A DNA stretch of 64,000 nt, taken from assembly GCA_021823685.1 (NCBI GenBank), contig JAKANL010000005.1, positions 5,489 through 69,488 on the forward strand. Reading direction: 5' to 3'. The notes under the pieces are model-generated. The model saw only the letters and a program-made list of their open reading frames with translations, was not told the DNA's origin and made no database searches. Position numbers and translations under genes: made by a program. Origin of the DNA: a bacterium (GTDB taxonomy: Bacteria > Babelota > Babeliae > Babelales > UBA12409). This document shows, in pieces, positions 54,633 to 64,000 of the stretch (positions are counted from its first letter, which is position 1; every line of letters begins with the position of its first letter).

Positions 54633-54735
54633 AGCGCATACGCAAGTGCGGCGACTCAGCGAAACCCGAGCGTAGCCACACCCAGCCGTCGCCCAAATGG
54701 GCTATGGAGGGCACGGGGCGAAGACGGGCAGCGCT
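54633..54735. repeat. GC-rich repeat element, copy E
   Basis: GGCGAAGACGGGC is identical to 5290-5302. It shares GGCTATGG, GCGTAGCC and CGCAAGTGCGGCGACTCAGCG-type words with copies B and D. It overlaps the last approximately 27 codons of 54656..55639(-). Confidence 0.45.
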
Positions 54736-55639
54736 TAATAAATTCAAAATCGTGTTCTTCGTGCGGTGATCGGTTATTGACGTGTAAAAATCTATCAATA
54801 TTGATCTCGTAACCTTCATTAAATTTATCAAGCAGCGTTTGAGGTGAATACCCATTTTTTGCATGACGATTTTTGCCATACTGTGTCACAATATTGGTCG
54901 GAATATTAATAATCTGTGAATGGTCAAAACATAAACCACGCCGTTTGCAATCTGATGCACGACCATTCCACGCCGCTTCAAAATGGGGATTCCTGAAAGG
55001 CGTTTTATTAAAAAATTCATACACATCAGCTTTGCGATAAATGGCCATATCCATACTATTTTGATATCTCCAATCGCCGCGCCCGCTACCAAAGCGCCAT
55101 GAATACATCCCCTCGCCAATATCTTTGAGCAGAGGAACGGGCGTAGCAAGCGAACGGTTAGAACGCGTTGCATAGCAATGATCAATATTTCTACCTAAAC
55201 GTAGATGAATACAATATGTTTTCGTTTCCTCTAATTTACGCAAACATAACCCTAAATTTACGTCATGCGTCACAATAATGTCATCAACGCTAAACATGAG
55301 ATATCCATCTCGACGCGCAAACGCACATTGCATGGTTAACGGTTTATAATCCTGCGACGGACTGACACCCTGCTTATAAAATCTTATTTCAGGAAAAGCC
55401 GTTTTAACAATTTCGTAGGCCGCGTCATATTCTTTGTCAGCACGATAAATCACATTAATATCCGCAAGTTCGGGGATATGCCGTCGCACAGATTTTAAAT
55501 GTGCGTAAAGCTGCATGGGACGATTAAACGAATTACAAACGCAGGTCAATAATCCGGGATCAACAACCAACGGTTTTTTTGAAGGCTCAGTGCACAAACT
55601 TCCCAAGATAACCAACATCAACCACAATAACCTTTTCAT
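54656..55639 (-). CDS. Signal-anchored putative glycosyltransferase (family uncertain)
   Basis: The ATG at 55639 overlaps the stop of the upstream GT2 gene (TGATG). The N-terminal anchor is MKRLLWLMLVILGSL. CNSFNRPMQL resembles the GT-A start (..NR..). It sits within a glycosyltransferase operon. Confidence 0.4.
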   Translation of the reverse strand: MKRLLWLMLVILGSLCTEPSKKPLVVDPGLLTCVCNSFNRPMQLYAHLKSVRRHIPELADINVIYRADKEYDAAYEIVKTAFPEIRFYKQGVSPSQDYKPLTMQCAFARRDGYLMFSVDDIIVTHDVNLGLCLRKLEETKTYCIHLRLGRNIDHCYATRSNRSLATPVPLLKDIGEGMYSWRFGSGRGDWRYQNSMDMAIYRKADVYEFFNKTPFRNPHFEAAWNGRASDCKRRGLCFDHSQIINIPTNIVTQYGKNRHAKNGYSPQTLLDKFNEGYEINIDRFLHVNNRSPHEEHDFEFIKRCPSSPRALHSPFGRRLGVATLGFR

Positions 55640-56550
55640 CAAGCATCCTTTCGATACCAAGCATCACTCAAACCATCCCAATAACCCAAAATAGCCAGTT
55701 TATTTCTTCCGACAACGGCTTCTACAAATAATCCTATAACACTCCACCAGTAACCGATAATTTTTAGCTTATTATGCGGATAAAAATTTTTAAAAAATAA
55801 ATACGTATAATTACGCAGATATAATGCACGATTTTTTCTAAGCGCATCACGATTGTGCGGACTCTGGCGATGATCAAGCACCGCCAATGGATTATAAAAA
55901 AGTTTATAATTTCCTGAAATGCGCTTAGAAATATCAGCATCTTCCATATATGAATACGCCCCCAAAAATTCATCAAATAAAAACTTTCGCGCGACATCTG
56001 CGCGCAAGCACATGCAGCACCCGCCTAAAACGGTTACGGGTAAAAACCTACAACGACCGTACGCATGAGTTGGCATCCCTGAAAACGTGAATTTTCCATC
56101 TGCGTTTTCACGCTGGAGCAAAAAAATACAACGTATTAAACGGCTCACGCACCACCCGGTTTTTGGTTTGCTAACCGTTCCCATGCCACCAACATAATCT
56201 GGAAAAGCTACAAATGCTTCGTGCATACACCGGCAGTAATCGGGCTCTAAAACAACGTCGTCATCTAAAAAATGGATCACATCCCCGCGGCATAGCGTAA
56301 TACCAACATTACGCTGATACGCAGCACCTCGTCGTAAAACATGCTGGTATTGGATGGCTATGCCAGCATGTTCGCAAGCTGAACGCGCGCCAACAAAAAA
56401 CAAGTCATGCTCGATCGGCTGGTCACTGCCATCAACAATAACAAGCTCTAATGGTTTTTCAGTTTGCGTGCACAGACTGCTCATCATGATCGCCACATCG
56501 CGCACACGATTGCGCGTCGGCACTATCACACTGGCGCGTATATTGGTCAT
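55639..56550 (-). CDS. Family 2 glycosyltransferase
   Basis: 303 aa. ASVIVPTRNRVRDVAIMMSSLCTQT...ELVIVDGSD and the later FLDDDV (DxD) are GT2 hallmarks. Confidence 0.85.
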   Translation of the reverse strand: MTNIRASVIVPTRNRVRDVAIMMSSLCTQTEKPLELVIVDGSDQPIEHDLFFVGARSACEHAGIAIQYQHVLRRGAAYQRNVGITLCRGDVIHFLDDDVVLEPDYCRCMHEAFVAFPDYVGGMGTVSKPKTGWCVSRLIRCIFLLQRENADGKFTFSGMPTHAYGRCRFLPVTVLGGCCMCLRADVARKFLFDEFLGAYSYMEDADISKRISGNYKLFYNPLAVLDHRQSPHNRDALRKNRALYLRNYTYLFFKNFYPHNKLKIIGYWWSVIGLFVEAVVGRNKLAILGYWDGLSDAWYRKDA

Positions 56551-57541
56551 AAACGGTTTTTACTTTCGCTAAAAAATCTTCGTAATTGCCCGACTCAAAA
56601 AGCACGCACGGCTCGGGCCGAACACACGCGTTACTAGCAATAACAGGTTTGCCCAAAAAAAGCGCTTCTTGGATACTCACACTCGCCGTATCCCAACGCG
56701 TTGGCCGCAGTAAACAATCGGCTCGTTTGATCAGCGGCCACAGCTCTGCGTGGCAACCGGTCATAACATAAACTTTTTCTGACCAACGATCTAACGCGCT
56801 CATCACGCTATCATGATACCGTTGATTGTTTATTGCGCCAACCACACAAATCAAACCGCAATCTTCGGGTAAATCAGCCAATAACGTGATAGCCAAATCA
56901 AAACCATATAAATCCTGGTTTTGCCACAGCGAAATACTCGAAGCGTTTAAAATAAACAACATATTTTTTGTGCGCATAAATTGCCATAGTACGTCAGGGT
57001 ATTGCTGTATATGCGTAAATTCTTCGCTGGAGTCTGGCTCAATAAATGCCTGTGCCATGCACATCGATGGCAATAACACCATGTCATTATCACGATATGC
57101 CTGTACCATGGGCTGCCCCATAAGGATTTGTTCATCAACGCCAACGCAAATACACATGTTAAGTATTTTTTTATATAACCACGAACGCGCATACAGGAAA
57201 CGCCCGCTGTGCTCTACGATAACAAGTTTCGAGCCACGGCACCACTTAAGCATGATCAGTAAGATAAGCTCTACAAAGTTGCTGCGCAACGAAAGCGTGT
57301 GATAATACACAACGTGTGGCTGGAAAGAAAGTACCCGACGCATCAAAGACCATGCATACCCAATTTTTGAGCGCACTGCTGATTCTTTGCAGACATCAAT
57401 CACATATACCTGTGCCCCATGCGCACGCAAAAAAGCACATTTGCGTTTGATGTGCACACCAATACCGCCAAGCGGCGGAGGCAACATCCCGACAATCAGA
57501 ACGCGCTGCTTAACACATTGTTCAAAATAATACATTGCCAT
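56459..57541 (-). CDS. GT-B fold glycosyltransferase (GT4/GT1-like)
   Basis: 360 aa. The N-terminus VLIVGMLPPPLGGIGVHI, and the C-terminal half with LRPTRWDTASVSIQEALFLGKPVIASN (an E-x7-E-like region). Its 3' end overlaps the next gene by 92 nt. Confidence 0.7.
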   Translation of the reverse strand: MAMYYFEQCVKQRVLIVGMLPPPLGGIGVHIKRKCAFLRAHGAQVYVIDVCKESAVRSKIGYAWSLMRRVLSFQPHVVYYHTLSLRSNFVELILLIMLKWCRGSKLVIVEHSGRFLYARSWLYKKILNMCICVGVDEQILMGQPMVQAYRDNDMVLLPSMCMAQAFIEPDSSEEFTHIQQYPDVLWQFMRTKNMLFILNASSISLWQNQDLYGFDLAITLLADLPEDCGLICVVGAINNQRYHDSVMSALDRWSEKVYVMTGCHAELWPLIKRADCLLRPTRWDTASVSIQEALFLGKPVIASNACVRPEPCVLFESGNYEDFLAKVKTVYDQYTRQCDSADAQSCARCGDHDEQSVHAN

Positions 57542-57558
57542 GTAATCGCAGATCCCGG

Positions 57559-58890
57559 CTATGCTTTGCGATCCTGCACTTCAATACCTAATTGGCGAAG
57601 TTGATCACGCAACTCATCCGATTTTTTCCAATCCCTTTCTTGGCGTGCTTTTTCGCGTGCATCAAGAAGTGCCTGAATTTCAGGCGTAATCTCTACCTGC
57701 TGCTCAGGCAATGGCAAAAGCGTAAGCCCCATCAAATCTTGAAAGAGCGCTTTGACCGCAGAGCGTTCTTGCTCGTTATTTTTGAGCTCATCCCATTTTT
57801 CAAATAAAACACCAAATAATGCTGCGCCGTTCAGATCATCACACAGCTTATCGATCATAAGCGAGGCTGTTGGCGATTGATTAAACTCATCGGCTGAGCA
57901 CGTTTCGTCAAAGAACGCACATAAACGGCGATAATTTTTTTCAGCAACCTGTAATCCCTCAAATGAAAAATCGAGTGGGTTGGTATAGTTATGATTTAAA
58001 TAATAATAACGAACAACCATCGGATCAAATTGCTCAAAAACCTGCTTTAACGTAAAAAAATTATTGAGCGACTTGGACATTTTTTCTTTATTGACCTGCA
58101 CAAAAGCATTATGCACCCAACAGCGCGCAAAACGCGGACCGAAAAGCCCTTCTGATTGTGCAATTTCGTTTTCATGGTGGGGGAAAATAAGATCCATCCC
58201 GCCACCATGAATATCGATATGCGCACCTAAAAATTTTGATGCCATTGCCGAACATTCGATGTGCCAACCAGGACGGCCGTAGCCCCAAGGACTATGCCAA
58301 AAAGATCCCGCAGGCTCACCCTTCCATAAGGCAAAATCAAGCGGATCATGCTTTTTATCATTTACTTCAACGCGCGCGCCAACCTGTAAATCATCAAGCG
58401 TCCTACGTGATAATTTGCCGTAATCAGGAAAGCTACGTACCGCATAATAAACGTCGCCATCAACGGCGTAGGCGTGTCCCTTATCGATCAAACCCTGCAC
58501 AAAACGGATAATATCTGGGATAACCTGCGTTACCCGCGGCTCGACGGTTGGTTTCATGCAGTTAAGTTTTTCCATGTCATCAGTAAACGAATCAATATAA
58601 TGCTGAGCAACTTCGCCAAAACGCATACGATCGCCTAATTCTTTTTCGGCGCGATTGAGGAGTTTATCATCAACGTCAGTAAAATTACGCGCGTATGTCA
58701 CTTCGTATTCAAGCTGTTGCAATAAACGAAACAAAACATCAAAGGTAACGTAACAACGACCATGACCAATATGAGCTTCATCGTATGGTGTTACACCGCA
58801 TACGTACATAAGAACGCTGTTGGGGTTGCGCGGTTCAAATAGTTCTTTTTTACCGCTCAAGGTATTAGTCAGCATTAACGGCTTTTTCAT
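57559..58890 (-). CDS. cysS: Cysteinyl-tRNA synthetase
   Basis: 443 aa. HIGH-type DEAHIGHGRCY, KMSKS (EKMSKSLNN), and the zinc-binding-region pattern WHIECSAM. Confidence 0.96.
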   Translation of the reverse strand: MKKPLMLTNTLSGKKELFEPRNPNSVLMYVCGVTPYDEAHIGHGRCYVTFDVLFRLLQQLEYEVTYARNFTDVDDKLLNRAEKELGDRMRFGEVAQHYIDSFTDDMEKLNCMKPTVEPRVTQVIPDIIRFVQGLIDKGHAYAVDGDVYYAVRSFPDYGKLSRRTLDDLQVGARVEVNDKKHDPLDFALWKGEPAGSFWHSPWGYGRPGWHIECSAMASKFLGAHIDIHGGGMDLIFPHHENEIAQSEGLFGPRFARCWVHNAFVQVNKEKMSKSLNNFFTLKQVFEQFDPMVVRYYYLNHNYTNPLDFSFEGLQVAEKNYRRLCAFFDETCSADEFNQSPTASLMIDKLCDDLNGAALFGVLFEKWDELKNNEQERSAVKALFQDLMGLTLLPLPEQQVEITPEIQALLDAREKARQERDWKKSDELRDQLRQLGIEVQDRKA

Positions 58891-59204
58891 AGGTCATTTC
58901 CATTTTACGCTGGTAATAAAATTAACGTGGTTGCCGTAGATTGTATCACTGTACACGTAAAAAGCCATCCCCATAACCTATGAGATGGAGATCTTATGGG
59001 GCTTGTGGCCCCCACGGCGCTTGGAGTATTGTCCGAAAAACTCAGGGGGAGCGGCTGACATGCGGAGTATTAACATCCGCCGAAATCTATTGTGCTGGCG
59101 TATTCATCAAAAACTTAGTATCATGAAAGGCGATTTACATACCATATAGGTGACTGCAGGCGCGCACATTGCGCCTACTTGCGTGAACAATCCGGAGAGA
59201 ATCA

Positions 59205-61703
59205 ATGCTCAGTACATGCATAGGTAAGAATTTTCGCTGTATATTGTTTTTGGCAATTATCGCTATCGTTTCACGTGCGCATGCCGACGAAGAACCTGCA
59301 ACAACGTCAAAAACTCTTATCGCAGCGCCTCAAGAACGTATCGTTAATAAGATTTCTATCGTACGAAAAAATCCGAACAAATATTTGACCCAAGAATCAA
59401 TCGCCAGCTTTATCCCCTTCAAAGAGGGTGAGCCGTTTGATCGCACAAAGACAAATGCATTCATAAAAAAATTATATCAAACAGGATACTTCGAACATGT
59501 CGCCGTTCGCGCCACTGATATTGAGCCAGGTAAGATTGATCTTTTTATTGTGCTCAAGGAACTTCCCGAGGTTGTTGATATTGAATTAACCGGTAATAGC
59601 CAAATAAGCGATACTAAAATCGAACAAACACTTAAATTAAGCGAATTGCGCGCCATTAACCAAGCACGCTTAAACAGCATCATTAAAAAATTGAAAAAAT
59701 TATACCAGGAAAAAGATTATCACCTCGTTGATATCGATGGGCAGATAAAAATAACGCCAGATAATAAAGCAACGATTATTATAACGATCAAAGAAGGTGG
59801 CAAGTCGTTAATTAAGCGTATTTACTTCAAAGGCAATACGCACGTTTCAGAAAAAATGCTCAAAAAATCAATCTTCACCCGCGAAGATTGGCTGTTTGGT
59901 TTCATGAGCAAAGCGGGAAGCTTTCAGCCCGATAAATTTGAGAAGGATAAACGTTATTTAGAAAATTATTATAAAACGCTGGGTTATTTAACCGCAAAAG
60001 TCACCGATGCAACCGTCACACAAGATCCGACAACCAAACAATACTCCGTCACCTTTACTATTCAAGAAGGAGACCTATACCACATCAAAGATATCCACGT
60101 TCAAGGAACCGAACAATTGAGCGAACAAGAACTCCTCAGATATTTACCTATAAAAACAGGCATGCTCTATTCAATCAAAGATATCATGGACTGCATGGAA
60201 AAATTAAAAGATATCTTCGGCGATTACGGATATCTTTTTATTGATGTGCAGCCCAACATTGTACCCGACGAAGTAACTAAAACAGTAAATGTATCTTTCG
60301 ATATCGAACTTGGTAAAAAAGTTCATTTGGGGCGCCTCACAATCAAGGGCAATAAAAAAACGCGCGAACATGTTATTCGTCGCAAAATTAATATCGCCGA
60401 AGGGGAATTGATATCCCATCGAGCCATGGAAGCAAGTAAAGAGCGCGTTGAAGCCCTTTCGTTTTGGGAGCATGAAAATGGCGTTACGTGGAAAACAAAT
60501 CGCGTAAACGACGAAACGGCAGATCTTGAACTGCTGCTCAAGGAAGCCAAAACGGGTAAAATTTATGGCACGATTGGTTACGGCGGTAACCAAAGTAACC
60601 CAAATTTCCCATCGTCAGGTTTCAATGGATCGCTCAACATTCATGATATTAACTTTTTGGGCAAGGGACTCCAGGCAAGCTTGGGCATTTCTGGATCAGT
60701 AGGCGCGTGGGCAACCGCTCTTGATTTCACTGAACCATATTTTATGGATTACCCAGTCGCCCTAGGGTTTAACTTCCACTTTAATAACATCAACCGTAGC
60801 CAAGAACTCGATAAAATTAATGATCTTTCTGAACGATTTGTGGGAAGTTCCCTGCATGCTGGCTACATAACGTCACGCTGGACGATCGACACTATCTTCC
60901 GTAGCTTACTCGGCTTTGAAAACATTAGTCTCAACCGCCCACCAAGCCTTTCTAATAATGCTCAGGGTGCCGGAAGACTCGCGTATCAAAAATTAATTTG
61001 CGATGAATTCCGCAGCGGAACTATTTACTACCTTACGCAAGAAATTGGGCAAGACTGCCGCAACCATATTATTCACCCATCAGGTGGTTTTCAGTGGGGG
61101 TTTGTTGGTAAATTGGGCGCCCCAATCGGCACCTTTGGTTTTTTCAAACTCGATGCTGATTACAGCTGGTATACTTCACTCATCGATGAATACGGCTTAA
61201 CGCTTGGATTCCATACGCATGCCGGCTATGTCCGCGCTTTATCACGGAAATGCATTCCATACAACGAATTGTATAATATCGGTGGGCCGGCTACCGTACG
61301 CGGCTTTGAATGGGGCGAGATTAGCCCAACATTTAATTTGAATCCAGGGTTTGTTCGCCCTGAGGACGATAGCAGTGAATACCGCTGTGGTGAACCTATT
61401 GGCGGACGAAAGGCATTTTACATCAACCTTGAATTGAGCTTCCCTATTAAACGCGATTATTCTATCAAGGGGGCGCTCTTTTATGATGGCGGCTCGGGAT
61501 GGTGCCCACCGGCATTAAACCTCACGCAACGTGAATTCAATCGCTACGTATGCAATAGCTGCTTTGATTATCGCCAATCAATCGGCATTGGTATTCGCAT
61601 GGTTCAACCGCAACCATTGACCATCGACTGGGGCTTCAAACTCGATCGACGTCCCGGCGAAAGCCCATACGCTGTTCACTTTGGCATGTATCGCGAATTT
61701 TAA
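59205..61703 (+). CDS. bamA: Outer membrane protein assembly factor BamA
   Basis: 832 aa. Signal peptide ...AIVSRAHA|DE, five POTRA-like repeats (for example IKRIYFKGNTHVSEKML and LGRLTIKGNKKTREHVIRR), and a C-terminal Omp85 barrel ending in ...FGMYREF. Confidence 0.9.
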   Translation: MLSTCIGKNFRCILFLAIIAIVSRAHADEEPATTSKTLIAAPQERIVNKISIVRKNPNKYLTQESIASFIPFKEGEPFDRTKTNAFIKKLYQTGYFEHVAVRATDIEPGKIDLFIVLKELPEVVDIELTGNSQISDTKIEQTLKLSELRAINQARLNSIIKKLKKLYQEKDYHLVDIDGQIKITPDNKATIIITIKEGGKSLIKRIYFKGNTHVSEKMLKKSIFTREDWLFGFMSKAGSFQPDKFEKDKRYLENYYKTLGYLTAKVTDATVTQDPTTKQYSVTFTIQEGDLYHIKDIHVQGTEQLSEQELLRYLPIKTGMLYSIKDIMDCMEKLKDIFGDYGYLFIDVQPNIVPDEVTKTVNVSFDIELGKKVHLGRLTIKGNKKTREHVIRRKINIAEGELISHRAMEASKERVEALSFWEHENGVTWKTNRVNDETADLELLLKEAKTGKIYGTIGYGGNQSNPNFPSSGFNGSLNIHDINFLGKGLQASLGISGSVGAWATALDFTEPYFMDYPVALGFNFHFNNINRSQELDKINDLSERFVGSSLHAGYITSRWTIDTIFRSLLGFENISLNRPPSLSNNAQGAGRLAYQKLICDEFRSGTIYYLTQEIGQDCRNHIIHPSGGFQWGFVGKLGAPIGTFGFFKLDADYSWYTSLIDEYGLTLGFHTHAGYVRALSRKCIPYNELYNIGGPATVRGFEWGEISPTFNLNPGFVRPEDDSSEYRCGEPIGGRKAFYINLELSFPIKRDYSIKGALFYDGGSGWCPPALNLTQREFNRYVCNSCFDYRQSIGIGIRMVQPQPLTIDWGFKLDRRPGESPYAVHFGMYREF

Positions 61704-61781
61704 TCACTTGGCCATCGTATAGATCTCTTCCCTTCTCTATTGCACCGGCGTTAGACTGCTGACAGAGAAGGGTTATGAGTC

Positions 61782-62060
61782 ATGAAAAAAAATCGCGCCA
61801 TGCTTATTATTGCGCTATTGGCAATTGCGGCTATTTTTCTACTTATCTATAAACAAACGTGGATTACGCAGCTTGTTTATGAACAGCAACGGCTTACCAT
61901 TAAGCGCACTGAACTCAAAAAAGAGCTTGAAGAACGTTCGCGACAGTTATATCAGCTCAAAGATCCTCAACGCGTTTATCAGTACGCCACCACAACGCTA
62001 GGCATGAAAAAAATGTCGCTCAACCAGGCTAAAGCAATCAAGCAAGAAAGTAAGCAATGA
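61782..62060 (+). CDS. ftsL: Cell division protein FtsL-like
   Basis: 92 aa, a single N-terminal TM helix followed by a coiled coil. It lies immediately upstream of ftsI and overlaps it by 4 nt. Confidence 0.65.
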   Translation: MKKNRAMLIIALLAIAAIFLLIYKQTWITQLVYEQQRLTIKRTELKKELEERSRQLYQLKDPQRVYQYATTTLGMKKMSLNQAKAIKQESKQ

Positions 62061-63694
62061 TTGCCGCACGCAAACTACGCTCAACCATCATATTTTTAAT
62101 TCTTTTTGGTGCATATTGCATTATCATCGTTATGCTTTTTTATTTGCAAATTTTTAACAGTTCATTTTTTTTACACCTGGGTAAACAACAATACACCGTC
62201 TCGGCGACCGTCAATCCCCCGCGAGCGCCCATTTATGATCGCAATAACAAGCCCGTCGCCATGAACGCCGAGTGCCTTTCAGCCTTTTTATTACCCCGCC
62301 AACTCGAGCAGGCGCAGCGGACAGCCAGCTTTTTGCAAAAAAATTTTCCAGCAGCATATCGACGCTTACAAACACATCACGATCGACACTTTTTATACAT
62401 AAAAAGACGTTTGGCACCGTATGAAATTGCGCTCATTGAAAAAAACGGTACCGACGACATAAAAATCGTCAAAGAGCCGTGCCGCTTCTATCCTTTTCAA
62501 ACGATGGGGACACTTATTGGAATAACTGATATCGATAACGATGGATTATCGGGACTTGAGCTGATGTTTAACCAACAGCTCAAGGGTAAAACAACCACCT
62601 GCAGCCTGGAACGCGACGCCCGTTCGGGTCACTTTTATTTCAATAAAATACTTCACCAGCAAGGATCCCAGGGAACCCCGATCCAATTAACCATCGATAG
62701 CGATTTACAATTCTTAGCGTATACCGAACTCAAAGACAGCATGGAACGTTTCAAAGCACGTGAGGGCGGTGTTGTCATCATAGATCCGACAACTGGCGAA
62801 CTTATCGTCAGTGTATCGGCACCTGACTTTAACCCGAATAGCAGCAAGATTCCCGACCCAAACACCATGAAAAATTTTCCGTTCACACAGGCTTTTGAAG
62901 CCGGCTCGGTTATTAAGACATTTGCAGCAATGGCTGCCCTGGAAGCCGGTGTGGTAACCCCCGACGAGCTCATCGATTGCCAAAACACCAAAACGGGTTA
63001 CGTAAACGGCATGAAGATTAATACGGTGCACGAAGACGGCGTGGTGACGTTTAGCAAGGTTATTGAAGACTCTAATAACATCGGAACCGTTAAAGTTATT
63101 TTACGCGTTGGGCCAAAACTCTACGATTATTACCGCCGCTTTGGTTTTGCACAAAAAACGCCAATCAACTTCCCCGGCCAGCAAGCCGGATTCATTAATC
63201 ACCCTCATAATTGGACGAAACGATCTATTGTTTCGCTTTCATTTGGATACGAAATTCGCGTTACGCTCATTCAATTGGCGCAAGCCTTTGGACTCATCGC
63301 CAATAATGGCCGCCCGGTCACGCTTCATATTTTAAAAAATGAACAGCCAAAACAACATAAACAGCCCGTATTTAGCCCAAAAGTACTTGCACAAATGCGT
63401 GAAATTTTAACCAAAACGGTACTCGAAGGAACGGCACAACATGCGCGCATCAAGGGATACACCGTCATGGGGAAAACCGGCACGGCTAATCTCATAGAGC
63501 ATGGGCGTTATAACGAAAATAAGAACGTATACACATTTGCCGGCATCATAGAAAAGGGCCCGTATAAACGCGTTATCGTTACCTATATCAACGACGTAAC
63601 TATACCGCACTATCATCTTTACGCGTCAAACGTCACCGTACCTCTTTTTGAGCGCGTAGCCGAAAAAATGCTCATTCATGATCATATGGTCTAA
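62057..63694 (+). CDS. ftsI: Peptidoglycan D,D-transpeptidase FtsI (class B PBP)
   Basis: 545 aa. N-terminal TM helix, then SxxK (AGSVIKTF), SxN (DSNNIG) and KTG (GKTGTA) motifs in the correct order. Confidence 0.9.
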   Translation: MIAARKLRSTIIFLILFGAYCIIIVMLFYLQIFNSSFFLHLGKQQYTVSATVNPPRAPIYDRNNKPVAMNAECLSAFLLPRQLEQAQRTASFLQKNFPAAYRRLQTHHDRHFLYIKRRLAPYEIALIEKNGTDDIKIVKEPCRFYPFQTMGTLIGITDIDNDGLSGLELMFNQQLKGKTTTCSLERDARSGHFYFNKILHQQGSQGTPIQLTIDSDLQFLAYTELKDSMERFKAREGGVVIIDPTTGELIVSVSAPDFNPNSSKIPDPNTMKNFPFTQAFEAGSVIKTFAAMAALEAGVVTPDELIDCQNTKTGYVNGMKINTVHEDGVVTFSKVIEDSNNIGTVKVILRVGPKLYDYYRRFGFAQKTPINFPGQQAGFINHPHNWTKRSIVSLSFGYEIRVTLIQLAQAFGLIANNGRPVTLHILKNEQPKQHKQPVFSPKVLAQMREILTKTVLEGTAQHARIKGYTVMGKTGTANLIEHGRYNENKNVYTFAGIIEKGPYKRVIVTYINDVTIPHYHLYASNVTVPLFERVAEKMLIHDHMV

Positions 63695-63776
63695 GAGCCG
63701 AATTCCCCGTTTTCGCCCTTGCAAAAAACCATAATTTTGCTATACTAATAGAAATAAACAAAATGGGGGCGTTTTT

Positions 63777-64000
63777 ATGTTTTTGTTATTCAAATTCCTA
63801 CTTTTTATTGGATATCTCGCCGGATCGATTCCGACGGCGATCAGCGATTTGCTGTTCAAAAAAAGTCAGCAAAACGTCACGATTTCCGGCATAAACAAGA
63901 CGTATGCAAAACCCGTCGTAGCGCACGTATTTATCCATGGAACGCGGCTTCCTGGGTTTATTTTTCTTGATCCGCAGGCAGCGTTCAAACACCGCATTAC
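63777..64000 (+). CDS. Hypothetical membrane-anchored protein, 5' part only (runs off the right edge)
   Basis: My translation from the ATG at 63777 is MFLLFKFLLFIGYLAGSIPTAISDLLFKKSQQNVTISGINKTYAKPVVAHVFIHGTRLPGFIFLD..., open to the end of the window. VFIHGT hints at an alpha/beta-hydrolase fold. Confidence 0.35.
   Translation, partial: MFLLFKFLLFIGYLAGSIPTAISDLLFKKSQQNVTISGINKTYAKPVVAHVFIHGTRLPGFIFLDPQAAFKHRI

Noticed and set aside
58891-59204. T-box leader upstream of cysS
   Set aside because: There is no T-box consensus (AGGGTGGNACCGCG-like) and no specifier-loop/antiterminator arrangement on the cysS strand. The region is kept only as an unexplained structured segment.

Overview
This is a chromosomal window from a compact bacterial genome that mixes housekeeping genes with many lineage-specific secreted proteins. 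I call about 60 protein genes, 6 tRNAs and no rRNA. I saw no CRISPR array, integrase or transposase.

Housekeeping genes identified from their motifs:
- Translation and chaperones: groES-groEL, leuS, cysS, rpsA, efp, nusB.
- Metabolism and redox: ndk, glyA, rpe, trxA.
- DNA repair: uvrB, rarA.
- Envelope and division: bamA-ftsL-ftsI, a partial pilC/gspF at the left edge, and a flippase plus three glycosyltransferase-like genes.

The accessory content points to a host-associated, possibly protist-associated, lifestyle. Taxonomy cannot be established from the sequence here.
- Secreted eukaryote-like or enzymatic proteins: an ankyrin-repeat protein, a DOT1-like (eukaryotic histone H3K79-type) methyltransferase, a C11 protease, and a protein with an EndoU-like motif. 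All four carry signal peptides.
- A four-gene surface locus at 31.8-38.4 kb. It has two coiled-coil proteins built from near-identical 171-bp and 105-bp tandem repeats and a cysteine-rich outer-membrane-like protein.
- A tandem array of six divergent small secreted proteins at 43.8-47.4 kb.
- One intact RelE/ParD-like toxin-antitoxin pair, sitting next to a decayed pair and a tRNA-Gly, plus an orphan HigA-type antitoxin.

The clearest signal not explained by genes is a dispersed GC-rich hairpin repeat family (core CTTCGC...GCTACGCCNGGCTNGCGCCA). Two copies are 52/57 identical and differ by a compensatory stem change. One copy abuts the 3' end of tRNA-Arg. A composite of about 480 bp fills an intergenic gap. 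Related sequence forms the 3' ends of two predicted CDSs.

I found no recognisable complete novel multi-gene system such as a defence island. The candidates I rank highest are the DOT1-like secreted methyltransferase, the secreted paralog array, the repeat family and the coiled-coil/OMP locus. Every functional call rests on motif recognition by eye, without database searches.
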